Source: Armatimonadota bacterium
GTDB lineage: Bacteria > Armatimonadota > SYMT01
Direction: 5' to 3'
DNA: 33,716 nucleotides
NCBI GenBank assembly: GCA_046292385.1
Contig: JBKBRF010000064.1
Location: 1 to 33,716, forward strand
How positions within the stretch are numbered: the first letter of the stretch is position 1; every line of letters starts with the position of its first letter. Below the pieces are notes generated by a model. That model saw only the letters and a list, made by a program, of their open reading frames with translations. It made no database searches and was not told the DNA's origin. Of this stretch, positions 1 to 8,871 are shown in pieces. Both the position numbers and the translations under genes were made by a program.

Positions 1-102
1 GGGGTGCTCCAGGCGGTGCCAGCGGCCCAACAGCGGGGCGATGAGCTCCCACTGGTCGTCGGTCAAGTCGGTGCTGTAGCGTTTGCGTGTCTTGTTCATC
101 AT
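1..102 (-). CDS. IS5-family transposase, N-terminal fragment (truncated by window edge)
   Basis: Manual translation MMNKTRKRYSTDLTDDQWELIAPLLGRWHRLEHP; Y(P/S)xDLTDxQWxLIxPLL is the characteristic IS5/DUF4096 N-terminus. Confidence 0.85.
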   Translation of the reverse strand, partial: MMNKTRKRYSTDLTDDQWELIAPLLGRWHRLEHP

Positions 103-196
103 GGCAGAGGGCGCCCAGCGCCTTCGCAGCGACTGCGGCGTACCTCAGCTTAGTCACAGAATAGAACGACTGTTTTCTAGAGTTCCGTACACCCTC
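1..196 (-). mobile_element. IS5-family insertion sequence (IS1031-like group), left end; runs off the window start
   Basis: Transposase N-terminus on minus strand. The element ends in GAGGGTGTACGGAACTC (196-180, minus) abutting TAA at 197-199, matching the GAG terminus and TWA target typical of this group. Tape measure coding sequence resumes immediately at 198. Confidence 0.8.
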
Positions 197-197
197 T

Positions 198-3100
198 AAG
201 ATCCGCGGTGTCTCCAACGCGGGCGAGGCGATGGACGTGCTCTTCAAGACGGTGGACCTGGGCAAGCTCACCTTCGAGGAGCTGGCGGGCTCCATCGGCC
301 AGGTGCTCCCGAACGCCTCCAGTGCCGGGCTCTCGCTGCAAGAGTTGGGCGCCGCGGTGGCCGTGATGACCGTGAAGGGCCAGAGCGCGAGCGAGGCGAT
401 CAATGACGTCAACAATCTGATCCAGAAGATCAAGAACCCGCCGGCCGAGGCGGAAGCCGCCTTCCGGGAGCTGGGGATCAGCTTCGGCGCCGTGGGCCTG
501 GAGGCGAAGGGGCTCCCGGGAATCCTGCAGGAGATCATGGCGAAGACCCGCGGCCAGGCCGACGCGATCCAGCGGCTGATGCCGGACATGGAGTCGAACC
601 GCGCGCTGACCTCGCTCCTCACGGAAGGCGGGCTCGCCTACGCCCACACGCTGCAGAAGATGCGCGGCGCGACGGATGACATGGGCGCCACCCAGAAGGC
701 GAACGAGCGGATCCTGGAAGGCACCACGGCGAAGTGGGAGAAGTTCCGCGCGAAGCTGGAGCGCACGGCGATCGAGGCCGGCGAGAAGGTGCTGCCGAAG
801 CTGAACGCGGTCCTGGAGTGGGCGGCGGACCACACCGAGATCACGATGGCGGCGACCGCCGTGGCCGGGCTCGCGGTCTCCTTTAACCAACTCGCGCAGG
901 CGTTCAACCTCCTCGGCGGGACGAAGGCGTTCCAGTGGGTGATGGCGCGCGGCGCCGGTCCGTGGGCGGCCGGGCTGGCCGCGCTCGCGGCGGGCGGGCT
1001 CGCCGTCAAGACCGCCCTGGAGACGAAGGGCGGCGGCCGCAACGAGATTCCCAGCGGGGACCTCAACGCCCTGCGTGCCGAGGAAGCGAAGAAGTTCCCG
1101 ACCGGCTTCCACGCGCAGTCACTCCTGCGGGAGCGGATCACGGAAGCGGAGACGAAAGGCTATTCCCTCTCGCCGCGGAACCCGGAGCGGCGGCAGCACC
1201 TGGAAGAAGCGGAGCGCCTCAAAGCGGAGCTCGCAGAGATGAAGCGCCTGGAGGCCGCGCGCCTCCGGGGCGAGGCCCAGGGTCGTCCGGGCGGGCTCTC
1301 CTTCGGAAAGGTCGAGGTGAAGCGCCTCACCCCGGAGGCGCAGGCGCAGCTGCAGGCGCTGGACGCCGCCCTCAAGAAGCTCGGACTCAGCGGCACCCTC
1401 TCCAGCGGCAAGCGGAACAACCCCGAGATCAAGTCGGCCCACAACGACGGCCGCGCCGTGGACCTGACGATCCCCGGGCAGTCGCCGGAGGTGGCCGAAG
1501 CGCTGCGGAAGGCCGGCTTCCAGGCCCAGTTCGAGCGGAAGGGCCAGCGGAATGCGAACGGCTCGGTCGCGACCGGCGATCACATCCACGTGACGCTGGT
1601 GCCGGAGGGTCCGGTGCAGCCGGAGCAGGCGGCGAATGCCGAGCGGCAGAAGCGCCTGGCGGAGCAGGCCCGGCGAGAGGCGGAACGGCGGGCGGAGTGG
1701 CTGCGGTCGTTCGAGAGCCGGACCGGGCTGGCGGCGATGCCGAACTTCACCCCCGAGCAGCGGCGGGCCCGCTCCCTGCGTGAGGCCGCGGTCCGCCTCA
1801 ACGAGCAGAGCCGGGAGTTTCGGGAAGCACAGGGGCGCGAGCCCACGCTCGACGAGCGGAAGAAGCTGCAGGCGGCTTACTACGCCGAGGTCACCCGGAT
1901 CGAGCGCAACTACCGGGAAGAGCTGAAGCACGCCGAGGAGAAGCGGCTGGAAGAGGACCGCGACCAGGTCGAGGCACGCTACCGGCTCCAGCAGGAGTAC
2001 GCTGAAGCGATCCAGGGCTTCCATGACGATTTGGCTGCTGCCGGTGAGGAGGCCGCGGAGCGAGAGACGGCGCGGATCGTGGCGGCCACGGAGGCACTCC
2101 TCGCCCACGAAGCGGCGGAGCAAGAGCGGGTGGCGGCGCTGCGGGAGACGAATGCCGAGTTGCTGAAGCAGCAGCGGCTCCTCGCAGAGATGGCGGCCGA
2201 AGCCGCCGGCCCCGAGCAGCTCCGCTCCTTCCTCGAAAGCCGCGTGGCCGGCCTCGACGTGCGCATCGCGGGGCTGCGCGAAGCTCCGGGCGACACCGAG
2301 CGCCCGGAGACGGAGCTGGAGAAGCAGCGCCGGCTGAAGGACCTGACGGCACTGGAGGCCGAGCGGCTACAGCTCCTCAAGCGCATCGAGGAAGTGACCG
2401 CCCGCATTGCCGACAACGCCGAGAAGGAGGCTGCCGCCGTGATGGAGGCCGCTGACGCTCTGCGAGAGGCCGCCGCGGCGACCCTGCAGCGACGCCGGGA
2501 TCTCGAAGCCATGCGGGCGCGGGTGCGCGAGGCGGAACTAGGGCAGGCCATTGATGAGGCTCACACTCCAAGAGAGAGAAGGGAAGCTATAGAGAACCAG
2601 CTAGCCGAGAAGCGGGACCGGATTAGCCAGACCGAGCGCCGCCTCGCTGCAGTCGATCCAAACTCCGAGCAGGGGCTTCGGTACCGGGATGATTTGGTTG
2701 CGCTGAGATCCGACGAGCGGGAGCTCACGAAAGACCTCGGGGACCTGAAGGGCGGTCGCCGGCTGAAGCAGGTCGTGCCGGAGGTGGCCGACTCGTTGTT
2801 CCGGCTCGTGGACGTGTTCAAGGGCGGCGAGAACCAGTTGTCACAAGCCATCGCGTCCCTAGCGCAGATCGTGATGTCGTTCATGCCCGGCAGCGACCTG
2901 GGGCTCTTCGGCGGCATTGTCGGCGGCCTGGGCTCGATCTTCGGCTTTGACTCCCCGATGGAGGACTCGAAGGCGCGGCGCTGGGGCTTCGACTTCGGGC
3001 TCGCGTTCGGGCAGGGTGCGGTTGGCGGCGAGCGTCACCTGCTGGCGGGCGGAGCGGTGGCTGGCACCGTGGGGGCGGGGCCGGTGAACGTCACCATCAA

Positions 3101-3203
3101 CCAGAACAACCACGGTGTTGGTAGTCAGGTCGATATGGACCGGAACAACCGCGACCTGACGGATCAGCTCTGGCGCTCCCTGCGCACGCTGAAGAAACGG
3201 TAG
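198..3203 (+). pseudogene. Phage tail tape measure protein (TP901-family core), 5' part separated by IS5 insertion; residual ORF 231-3203
   Basis: DVLFKTVDLGKLTFEELAGSIGQV...GLSLQELGAAVAVMT is mid-domain TP901 core sequence; long Ala/Glu/Arg-rich helical region; in-frame KIRGVSNAGEA extends back to the IS junction at 198. Confidence 0.85.
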
Positions 3204-3257
3204 CATTCGAGGAGCCGCCGGGCCGTTTGAGTAACTCGGTCCCGGAGGACTTCGACC

Positions 3258-3518
3258 ATGCACACCGACCGCACAACCAAGATCCTGCTCGGCGCCATCG
3301 CCCTCGGGCTGTGGGCCAACGTGTTCCGGCCGGCACTAGGACCCACTCCGGCTACGGCACAAGAGCCGGCGAAGCCGATCGACGTGAATATCACCCGAGT
3401 AGGTGGAGCGGCGGTGTCGGATTACATCCCTGTGGCAGGGGTCACCGGCGGGCGTGCAGTGGCCGTTGAAGCACCCGCGAGGAATCAACTTCCTATCAAG
3501 GTGCAGGTCGTGCGCTAA
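3258..3518 (+). CDS. Small membrane-anchored/exported hypothetical protein (moron)
   Basis: 86 aa, GGAGG RBS upstream, N-terminal hydrophobic helix ILLGAIALGLWANVF, followed by a terminator. Confidence 0.75.
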   Translation: MHTDRTTKILLGAIALGLWANVFRPALGPTPATAQEPAKPIDVNITRVGGAAVSDYIPVAGVTGGRAVAVEAPARNQLPIKVQVVR

Positions 3519-3547
3519 CCGCCACCCACTCCAACAGACCGTGAACC

Positions 3548-3579
3548 AGCCTGCCCTTCCAGGGGCAGGCTTTCTCTTT
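3548..3579 (+). terminator. Rho-independent terminator
   Basis: AGCCTGCCC-ttccag-GGGCAGGCT 9-bp stem followed by TTCTCTTT. Confidence 0.8.
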
Positions 3580-3587
3580 GGTAAGCC

Positions 3588-4346
3588 ATGCCTGTAACCG
3601 TCCAGCCCGTCTTCGGCGCCTTCGACTACAGCGCCTCCAGCTGCGACATCAGCGAGTGGTCGGACGAGATTCCGAGCCGCGCGCCGGTGGTCGAGATCCC
3701 GCGCAGCGATCGCGCCCGCGCGCAGGCTGGCAACCTGTCGCCGCGAGTGGTCTCTATCCGTGGGGTGATCGGCCAGGACGGCGGCAGCGACCGCGAGACG
3801 CTGCGCAACCTGGTGGACGCCTTCACGTGGGCCCACCGGCCGGGCCTGCGCAGCCTCTACCGGGACACGGACCGCTACTTCAAGCAGGCGCAGGTGGAGA
3901 GCCTCACCCTCGGCGATGACACGGGGCTTTCGTGGGTGCCGTTCGCCGTGAGGTTCCGGGTGGCCGATCCGTTCTACTACGCCACTGCTCCGGACGCGGC
4001 CGACCTCTGGAACCTCTCGGGCGGCAGCCGGAATCTCTCCAACACCGGCGCCGCGACGGCGCTCCCGAAGCTCACCTTCGCCATCGGCGGGACCGGGGAG
4101 ACCACCCTCGTCGTCACGAACACCACCACCGGCAAGGCGTTCACGCTCTCCGGTCACATGGTGATGGGCGACTCCCTGGTGGTGGACTGCGACGCTCAGA
4201 CCGTGAAGCAGAACGGCGTGAACCGGATGAGCTACTTCACCGGCGAGTTCTGGCCGCTCGATCCCGGCGTGAACAACCTGACCGTCGCCGTCACCGGTGG
4301 TCCGCTGATCACCGTCACCTCGCAGTGGACGCGACGCTGGCTGTAA
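3588..4346 (+). CDS. Phage distal tail protein (Dit / siphovirus tail component)
   Basis: Position after tape measure; FRVADPFYY, NTGAATALPKLT, LVVDCDAQTV, GEFWPLDPGVNNL motifs typical of Sipho_tail proteins. Confidence 0.85.
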   Translation: MPVTVQPVFGAFDYSASSCDISEWSDEIPSRAPVVEIPRSDRARAQAGNLSPRVVSIRGVIGQDGGSDRETLRNLVDAFTWAHRPGLRSLYRDTDRYFKQAQVESLTLGDDTGLSWVPFAVRFRVADPFYYATAPDAADLWNLSGGSRNLSNTGAATALPKLTFAIGGTGETTLVVTNTTTGKAFTLSGHMVMGDSLVVDCDAQTVKQNGVNRMSYFTGEFWPLDPGVNNLTVAVTGGPLITVTSQWTRRWL

Positions 4347-4382
4347 GCCGCGCGGCTCCCTTCCCTACCGGACCCCCACCCG

Positions 4383-7300
4383 ATGCCCATCTCGACGGAA
4401 GTGCGCCTCTTCAACTCGGCCGGCGAGCGCCAGCCGCTGCCGGATCGCTACGTGGTCGATTGGTCGTTCGAGCTGCTCGACCGGGGCGGCTGCGGCACGT
4501 TCACCCTCCAGCTGCACGCGGAGCTGGACGACCAGGAGCTGCCGGCGCTGCCGGGGGTCAACTGGCGGGTCGAGTTCTGGTTCGACGGCGTGAACATTTA
4601 CCGCGGCTGGGTGGAGAAGCCGCGCGGGCCGGTGCAGGTCGGCGCTCCCCTCTTCGTGCTCGATGGCGTCGGCCGGATGGGCTGGTGCCAGTCGCTCCTC
4701 GTGGACTGCCGCTACGTGCGGCCGTTCGGCGCCGACGTCTCGGAGATCTACGCCTGGCTCGCGGGCAAGTTCCTCACCGGGGACGAGCGGATTCCCGAAC
4801 TGGTGGTCGCGTGTGACGACACGATCGGCTACAGCCTGGAGACGGCCGACTTCTTTGGGGCAAATGCGCAGGAGGCGTTCGACCGGATGGCGGAAGCCAG
4901 TCAGGACCTCCTGATCTGGGGCTTCGACGTGACGCCCGAGGGCACGGACCGGCTCTACGTCCGCTCGCGGCCGCTGGGGGTCAGCAACGAGGATTACCGC
5001 TTCCGGGTGGGGAAGGACGTCACCTTCTACGAACAGCCGGAGGATCTGAGCGAGCTCGTCAACGCCGTGCGGTTCATCGGCGGGAAGGCGAAGGCTCCGA
5101 ACCTCGTCTACAACCCCAGCTTCGAACTCCCCAAGGTCGCCGGCGAGGGCGCGAGCGGGAATCTCCTCTCCAACCCCGGCTTCGCCTTCACGGGGGGCTG
5201 GACGTTCACCCCCTCCGTGGCCGACATCCGCCAGCAGAACGAGGGAGAGAAGAACGAGCAGTCCCGCCGCGGCGGGTGGTTCGCGGAGCTGGACGACCCG
5301 GGCGATCAGATCGAGCAGACCGTCGACGTGCCGAACGGCGAGAACCCCTACATCCTCTCGTTCTGGCACGCGCTCCAGCAGGCCGGCTCCGGCAAGGTCC
5401 GCGTCAAGCTGCAGGCCCTGAACAGCAGCAACGTGGTGATCGAGACGCTGATCAACGAGCTGGTCGACGTGACCGCCACTCGCTACCAGGAGTTCCGGCG
5501 GGTGGAAGACGCCACCGATCCGAACACGGACAAGCTGCGCGTCACGATCAGCTACGACTCCGGCGGCTCCTGCCATATTGATGACGTCGCCCTGTACGAG
5601 GCCGATGCCCTGGCGCAGGCCGGCTGGATGGACAAGACCTCCGGGAGCGCGAAGGGCCGGATCGACTGGGCGAACATGGAATCGCCCTACCACGGCGTCT
5701 ACTGCGTGCGGGCCCGGGTGCGCTCCATCGCGGATCCCAGCAACGACCACGTGCGGCTGATGCCGTTCAAGGGCCAGTGGATCGCAGTCCGGAGCGCCAC
5801 CAGCTACGTCGTGCGGGTGCGCGTCCGCGGCGCCGCGGGGCTGAAGCTGAAGCTCGGACTCCAGCGCTGGAAGGAAGAGGGCGGCAGCGACTACCAGTTC
5901 GGCGACGTGGAGACCCTCGCCGGCACCGGTGACTGGGAGACCTTCCAGACCACGGTGACCACCGGCGATGAAGCGCGGAACATCCGGCCGATCATCGAGC
6001 TCCGGAGCAACGGAGTCTACTACCTCGACGCGGTGCAGGTCTTCGAGAGCGGGATCGGCGGGACCGCCCGCTTCTTCGACGGAGAGAGCCTGCACTTCTA
6101 CTTCCGCAGCGATGATCCGAAGGTGAGCCGGGCGGACCTGGCGATGCACGCCAGCGACCCGCTGAAGGTCTCCAGCGCCGGCACGCCGTTCACCGCCGAC
6201 GACATCGGGAAGCTGCTCCGGATCACCGGCGGCGCCGGGTGGACCGCCGGGGACTACCGGATCACCGACTACACCAGCGGCGGCTACGCCAAGCTGACCT
6301 CCTCGCCCGCCGCGGCGGGAGCCTCTGGCGGCCAGGGCGACTGCGCGGTGCTCCTCGACCTCTCCGACGACGCCCGCGCCTCGATCGCTACCTATGGCCT
6401 GCGGGAGGCCGAAGTCTCGATCGAGGAGATCGAGACCTACGAACAAGCTCTCGACTACGCCACGGGCTGCCTCAACCGCTACGCGGTGCCGGCGCGGCAG
6501 GGGCGGCTGGTGCTGGAGCCCTGCGACGTGCCGGTGCGCTTCGTGGGCGCCACCGCGGACGCTCCTGCGCAGGGCATGCTCGCCGTGGGCGGCGCGCGGG
6601 TGGAACTGCCGGCGCAGCATCCGGTCCGGATCTTCTACCAGCTCCAGCCGAACGGAGTCCTCTCCTGCGAGGTGGAGCTGACCAACCGCACCCCGGATGA
6701 GGCCCTGCTCCTCTTCAAGGCACTGCGGTCCGGTGGCGGCTCTGGGGGCGGTAGTGGCGGCGCAGGCGTGAACCTCCGCGCGGCGCCGGGGAACACCAAC
6801 TCCGGCGGCGAAGAGGGAGCGACCCTCTCCCACGCCAGCCTGACCGACGTCACGGCGAACCAGCATCACCACCAGGTTCACGGATTCGTTGGCGCCGACC
6901 ACTCCGTCGCGAGCACCGAGGGTTACCTGCCGGTGGTGCAGTCCGGCGGCGCTTCCCTCGCGATGGAGCCCGCGGGAACCCACCTGGTACTGAGTGGCCT
7001 CCTGGCCGCGATGCCGGCGAGCGCGCCAGCCGGGACGATCTACCTCGCGACCGATGACGGTGGCGGGACTTCCTACCGCTACAGCGGCTCGGTGTGGGTG
7101 CAGATGGGGGCCGGCGTCACGGACGCGGGCGGCGCGCCCTACCTCGCGGTGCCGATCCTGGCGCCGGAGAACGCGGTCACCTGGGCGAACATGCCGGCCG
7201 CGGTGACGGAGCTGCTCGGAGCGACCCGGCACCGGACGTTCTGCAACCTGGAGAGCTTCACCCAGGCCCGCCTCGTGGTGAACCTGCAGACTGCGGGCGC

Positions 7301-7541
7301 CCTGGGGGCGCGGCTGAAGGCGCAGTATAGCCTCGACGCGTCTACCTGGGCCGATCTCGCCAGCGACGGGGACGGCCCCGCCCTCTCGATCGGCGCCACC
7401 GGCACCGCCTACGCCCTCTCCGCGCCCTGGGAGACCCTGGCGACGGCCGCGCGCGCCGATGTCTACCTGCGGGTGGTCGGGGTGGATGGGGACGCCGCGG
7501 CGGATCCGGCCTTCGGGCTGATCATGCTGCAGTTCCGGTAG
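4383..7541 (+). CDS. Phage tail hub/Tal-like protein with carbohydrate-binding modules and C-terminal fibre/receptor-binding region
   Basis: 1052 aa after Dit; hub-like N-terminus (GGCGTFTL, YRGWVE), NLVYNPSFE and NLLSNPGF CBM4/9-like starts, ASIATYGLRE hub motif, Gly-rich linker, fibre-like GTIYLATD...YRYSGSVW. Confidence 0.8.
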   Translation: MPISTEVRLFNSAGERQPLPDRYVVDWSFELLDRGGCGTFTLQLHAELDDQELPALPGVNWRVEFWFDGVNIYRGWVEKPRGPVQVGAPLFVLDGVGRMGWCQSLLVDCRYVRPFGADVSEIYAWLAGKFLTGDERIPELVVACDDTIGYSLETADFFGANAQEAFDRMAEASQDLLIWGFDVTPEGTDRLYVRSRPLGVSNEDYRFRVGKDVTFYEQPEDLSELVNAVRFIGGKAKAPNLVYNPSFELPKVAGEGASGNLLSNPGFAFTGGWTFTPSVADIRQQNEGEKNEQSRRGGWFAELDDPGDQIEQTVDVPNGENPYILSFWHALQQAGSGKVRVKLQALNSSNVVIETLINELVDVTATRYQEFRRVEDATDPNTDKLRVTISYDSGGSCHIDDVALYEADALAQAGWMDKTSGSAKGRIDWANMESPYHGVYCVRARVRSIADPSNDHVRLMPFKGQWIAVRSATSYVVRVRVRGAAGLKLKLGLQRWKEEGGSDYQFGDVETLAGTGDWETFQTTVTTGDEARNIRPIIELRSNGVYYLDAVQVFESGIGGTARFFDGESLHFYFRSDDPKVSRADLAMHASDPLKVSSAGTPFTADDIGKLLRITGGAGWTAGDYRITDYTSGGYAKLTSSPAAAGASGGQGDCAVLLDLSDDARASIATYGLREAEVSIEEIETYEQALDYATGCLNRYAVPARQGRLVLEPCDVPVRFVGATADAPAQGMLAVGGARVELPAQHPVRIFYQLQPNGVLSCEVELTNRTPDEALLLFKALRSGGGSGGGSGGAGVNLRAAPGNTNSGGEEGATLSHASLTDVTANQHHHQVHGFVGADHSVASTEGYLPVVQSGGASLAMEPAGTHLVLSGLLAAMPASAPAGTIYLATDDGGGTSYRYSGSVWVQMGAGVTDAGGAPYLAVPILAPENAVTWANMPAAVTELLGATRHRTFCNLESFTQARLVVNLQTAGALGARLKAQYSLDASTWADLASDGDGPALSIGATGTAYALSAPWETLATAARADVYLRVVGVDGDAAADPAFGLIMLQFR

Positions 7542-7581
7542 TCCCCCACACTCTTGCCCGGGCCGGAAGCCCCAGCGCTGA

Positions 7582-7770
7582 CTACTCCTGCGACTCATCC
7601 GCCACGGCTGCATGCAGCAGCCGGCGTACCACCTCCGACTCGCTGCACTCCCAGCGGCGGGTGAGCTCCGCCAATGCCATCAGGTCCTCTGTCGCCAGCC
7701 GGAACGTCCTCTCGTGCGGCACGACCCCGCCAATCGGCCTCGCTCTCTGGATCTTCTGCGGCGTGTCCAT
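7582..7770 (-). CDS. Ribbon-helix-helix (CopG-like) DNA-binding protein
   Basis: 62 aa from ATG 7770; RTFRL strand then EDLMALAELTRRWECSESEVVRRLL helices fit the RHH pattern. Confidence 0.6.
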   Translation of the reverse strand: MDTPQKIQRARPIGGVVPHERTFRLATEDLMALAELTRRWECSESEVVRRLLHAAVADESQE

Positions 7771-7943
7771 AGTAACATTTCCCCAGGAGACGCCTTCCTC
7801 TAACAGGCTGAGCAAGGGCGGGCTCGTCACGTCCGACCACTGCGCGTGGGGGTGTAGAAGCACTAAGCCAGAAACGGAAGCGGCGGGGAGCGCGGCTACA
7901 CTCCCGGCCGATGGACCACGGTAACGAAGAGGATCTACTCCCC

Positions 7944-8381
7944 TTACGTCCCGGCTCGCAGGAGGGAGTCGATGAAGCGCTTCCGGTTAACCGCATTGCG
8001 GATCCGAAGCTGCAACTCTCGCACCTTGAAGGGCTTGAGGATGACGTCGTCGGCTCCCGCATCGAATGCCACTTCCACGGCTATATCATCCGCCACTCCA
8101 GTGATGAGGAAGATTGGAACATGGAACGTCGCCGCGTTACCCTTCAGTGATCGGCATACGGCAAAGCCATCCAAGTTCGGCATCATTAGGTCCGTCAAGA
8201 CGAGATCGGCCCCAGAGTTGAGGACCTCGTTGATTGCTCCCTTCCCACTCGAAACCTCGACCACCTGTCCCCCGATCGCCTTGACCATGTCGCGCAGGAG
8301 CGAGCGGGTGCCAGATTCATCGTCAGCAACAATCACTTTGAACCCGTCGTTTATATAGTTGACTGCTGAACCTTCTTCCAC
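7944..8381 (-). CDS. Single-domain response regulator (receiver)
   Basis: VIVADD, LVLTDLMMPNLDG (phospho-Asp), FLITG, AGADDVILKPF motifs; start uncertain. Confidence 0.88.
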   Translation of the reverse strand: MEEGSAVNYINDGFKVIVADDESGTRSLLRDMVKAIGGQVVEVSSGKGAINEVLNSGADLVLTDLMMPNLDGFAVCRSLKGNAATFHVPIFLITGVADDIAVEVAFDAGADDVILKPFKVRELQLRIRNAVNRKRFIDSLLRAGT

Positions 8382-8518
8382 GCAGAACTCCCTCCGGAAT
8401 GCGCTTGATTCGCTAACACGATGGTCGTGGCACGTGCATATGGATTATGTCAGTTGTGGCCTCAGTTTCCAACCCGAACTGTGTAATTACCGCGTCGAAG
8501 GACGCTCTTTACCTGTAT

Positions 8519-8809
8519 TCACCGCAACTCGCGGCACCAAGCCAAGACCTCTGAAGCGTCAACGATGACCGGGGACCCACTGACCAGCCCCGCCCCGTAC
8601 TCCCGCGTGAACCGGTCCGTCGCCTCGGTGTAGCGCCGCACCAACTCCGGCGCCCAGGGCTCCCCGTCTGCCATTGCGACCCGCGCCCGCTCCTCGCCGT
8701 AGTGCAGCTCCCGGAAGCCGGTGCCGACATGGTCGGCCTTCGCCAGGTCGAGCGCGCGGAAGACGGTGTTGATCAGCAGCTCGATCTCGTGTTCGGGGAT
8801 GGTGGCGAT
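8519..8809 (-). pseudogene. Unannotated ORF lacking a canonical start codon (hypothetical helical protein)
   Basis: Open frame IATIPEHEIELLINTVFRALDLAKADHVGTGFRELHYGEERARVAMADGEPWAPELVRRYTEATDRFTREYGAG... with strong GC3 codon bias; no in-frame ATG/GTG/TTG upstream before the stop at 8933-8935. Confidence 0.5.
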
Positions 8810-8828
8810 GGACGCCAGAAATGAAAGC

Positions 8829-8866
8829 GGAGCGAGGGGTGACCAGCGTAGTTCACCCCTCGCTCC
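8829..8866 (-). terminator. Rho-independent terminator of the 8872-9264 gene
   Basis: Perfect 14-bp stem GGAGCGAGGGGTGA / TCACCCCTCGCTCC, 10-nt loop, followed on the minus strand by GCTTTCATTT. Confidence 0.75.
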
Positions 8867-8871
8867 AAATG

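Noticed and set aside
4365..7613. 1082-aa minus-strand ORF and other long antisense ORFs (e.g. 25930-28458, 24608-26116, 12904-14232, 29203-30540)
   Set aside because: Shadow frames of well-supported genes in GC-rich DNA; no motifs and biased Arg/Gly/Ala composition.
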